Assembly (NCBI RefSeq): GCF_030144855.1
Contig: NC_082713.1
Location: 56,978,001-57,042,000, forward strand
Reading direction: 5' to 3'
DNA from: Hypanus sabinus
Lineage: Eukaryota
DNA: 64,000 nt
The notes below the pieces were generated by a model. It had not been told where the DNA came from and ran no database searches. It saw only the letters and a list, made by a program, of their open reading frames with translations. This document shows positions 62,581-64,000 of this stretch, piece by piece (position 1 is the stretch's first letter; each line of letters begins with the position of its first letter). The translations under genes and the position numbers were made by a program.

Positions 62581-64000
62581 CCAGCACAGGAACATTCCAT
62601 TCATCCTGGCTGATCCATGTCAAACAAAATTCCCATTGAAGTTAGTCACATTTTCCCATGTGTAGCTCAGAACAACTATCTAAGACAGAGAAAAAGGACT
62701 TTTTCTTCAGAGGGTGTTGAATCTTGGAAATTCTCTACTCCAAGAATTTTGGACTATATTCAAAGCTGAGAACGACAGATTTCTGGACTATAGTGGATTC
62801 AAGGCATCATGTGGGAAAAGGAAATGGAGCCAAGATAATATCAGCTCTGACTTTATTAAATGACAGAGCAGACTGAAGGGGGGCCATATGCTCAGCCCCG
62901 CTACGGTTTCCTGTGTACTTACCTTCTTTTACTGACTGTCATGTTGTTGATTCAACTGATTGAAATTAAACATGACAATCAGAAGGCAAGGGTCATTGCC
63001 AAGACATTAGGAGAATGGGTGCCCCTGATCTTTTGTTCTCCTTTACAGAGAGTGCTGGACTTGTTGTGGTGCCCCTGAAGCACTCAACCAGCTGACTCCA
63101 GCGTTGTGCAACGGTGCATCTTATCAACTGAGACAGTGGGAGGTGGAAAAGTTCTGCCTCTGCAGAATACAGGAAGACAGAAATCCATTATTGAACAGCA
63201 TTCGCTTATCTTGCTGGAGATGTGGTGTTGACTGGATATGGGCCAAAATTCTGTCAGGTCTGCAAAAATTTGCAGACGCAGAGCTAAAAATAACTTTAGC
63301 TGCAAATATGTTTCTCTTAGTCTGGAAGCATATGTTGTGTCATATGCTGAGAGAATCTCCTGCAGTGCAATGTCGTTTTGAGAATAAACGGCAAAAACTT
63401 ACTGCCATTCTAATGTTTGAAAGGCACTCATGAGTCAACCAGTTTTGCAATATTGAAAGTTGTGTGTACATGTGATTTCTATTCGGCTTCACACATATTT
63501 GTATTCCAAATGCAGACTATAAATATCACTTTACAGATAAACCTTGCCTTGGTCTGCGGCACACATGGCTAGAACTTGCAAATTTTGGCAAGGCAGTAGC
63601 TGTTAAACAACTGCAGTTCATCAAAAACAGAAATGTTGTTATGGGACAGAAACGCGGCTAAATTGTTCACGATGTGAGCGGTAGGATTATGGGAAAACAA
63701 AACTCTGGCTGCAGGGAGTTCACAAACAATGTTGCCTATTCCATGCTGAAGGCCGTTCTTGATTTAGGTTAGGAGAACCAGCTGTAGGGAGATTACCAGC
63801 TGAGGATGTGCTAAGACTCCGCTCTCGCGATCCAGGTGGGGAAGAAGCTTGCTGGTATCAGGATCAAGCCAAAGGAAAGGTTTCATTATCTCATGATGCG
63901 TTACTTCTCAAAAATGCAAAGATATATTAATATAATTACATAGTAAAAACATCTAAAGCAGGACTTCCCACCCTCTTTTTTCCAAATATCATGGACCCCT

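Overview
Eukaryotic, repeat-rich vertebrate DNA, most likely from a cartilaginous fish. That assignment is inferred from the repeat mix: CR1, Rex1/Babar, Penelope-like elements and HE1/V-SINE-like SINEs. Two intact spliced host genes converge. PIN4 (parvulin-14; + strand, 4 coding exons, 11042-20949, 129 aa) faces a TMEM47-like claudin/PMP22-family gene (- strand, 3 coding exons, 45765-34339, 172 aa). The first 7.5 kb is a decayed epsilon/ERV1-type provirus on the - strand. It carries a 2H-phosphoesterase-like domain between protease and RT, an in-frame deletion fusing the integrase zinc finger to the Env TM anchor, and a 150-bp palindrome in place of a normal 5' LTR. A Gypsy remnant abuts it. 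The rest is dominated by LINE fragments, a Helitron fragment, SINEs, a solo LTR and many Penelope-like insertions. These often have a fold-back (inverted) structure and 9-14 bp target-site duplications, and carry minimal hammerhead-ribozyme motifs. Boundaries of decayed repeats are approximate, and family names come from motif recognition, not database searches.
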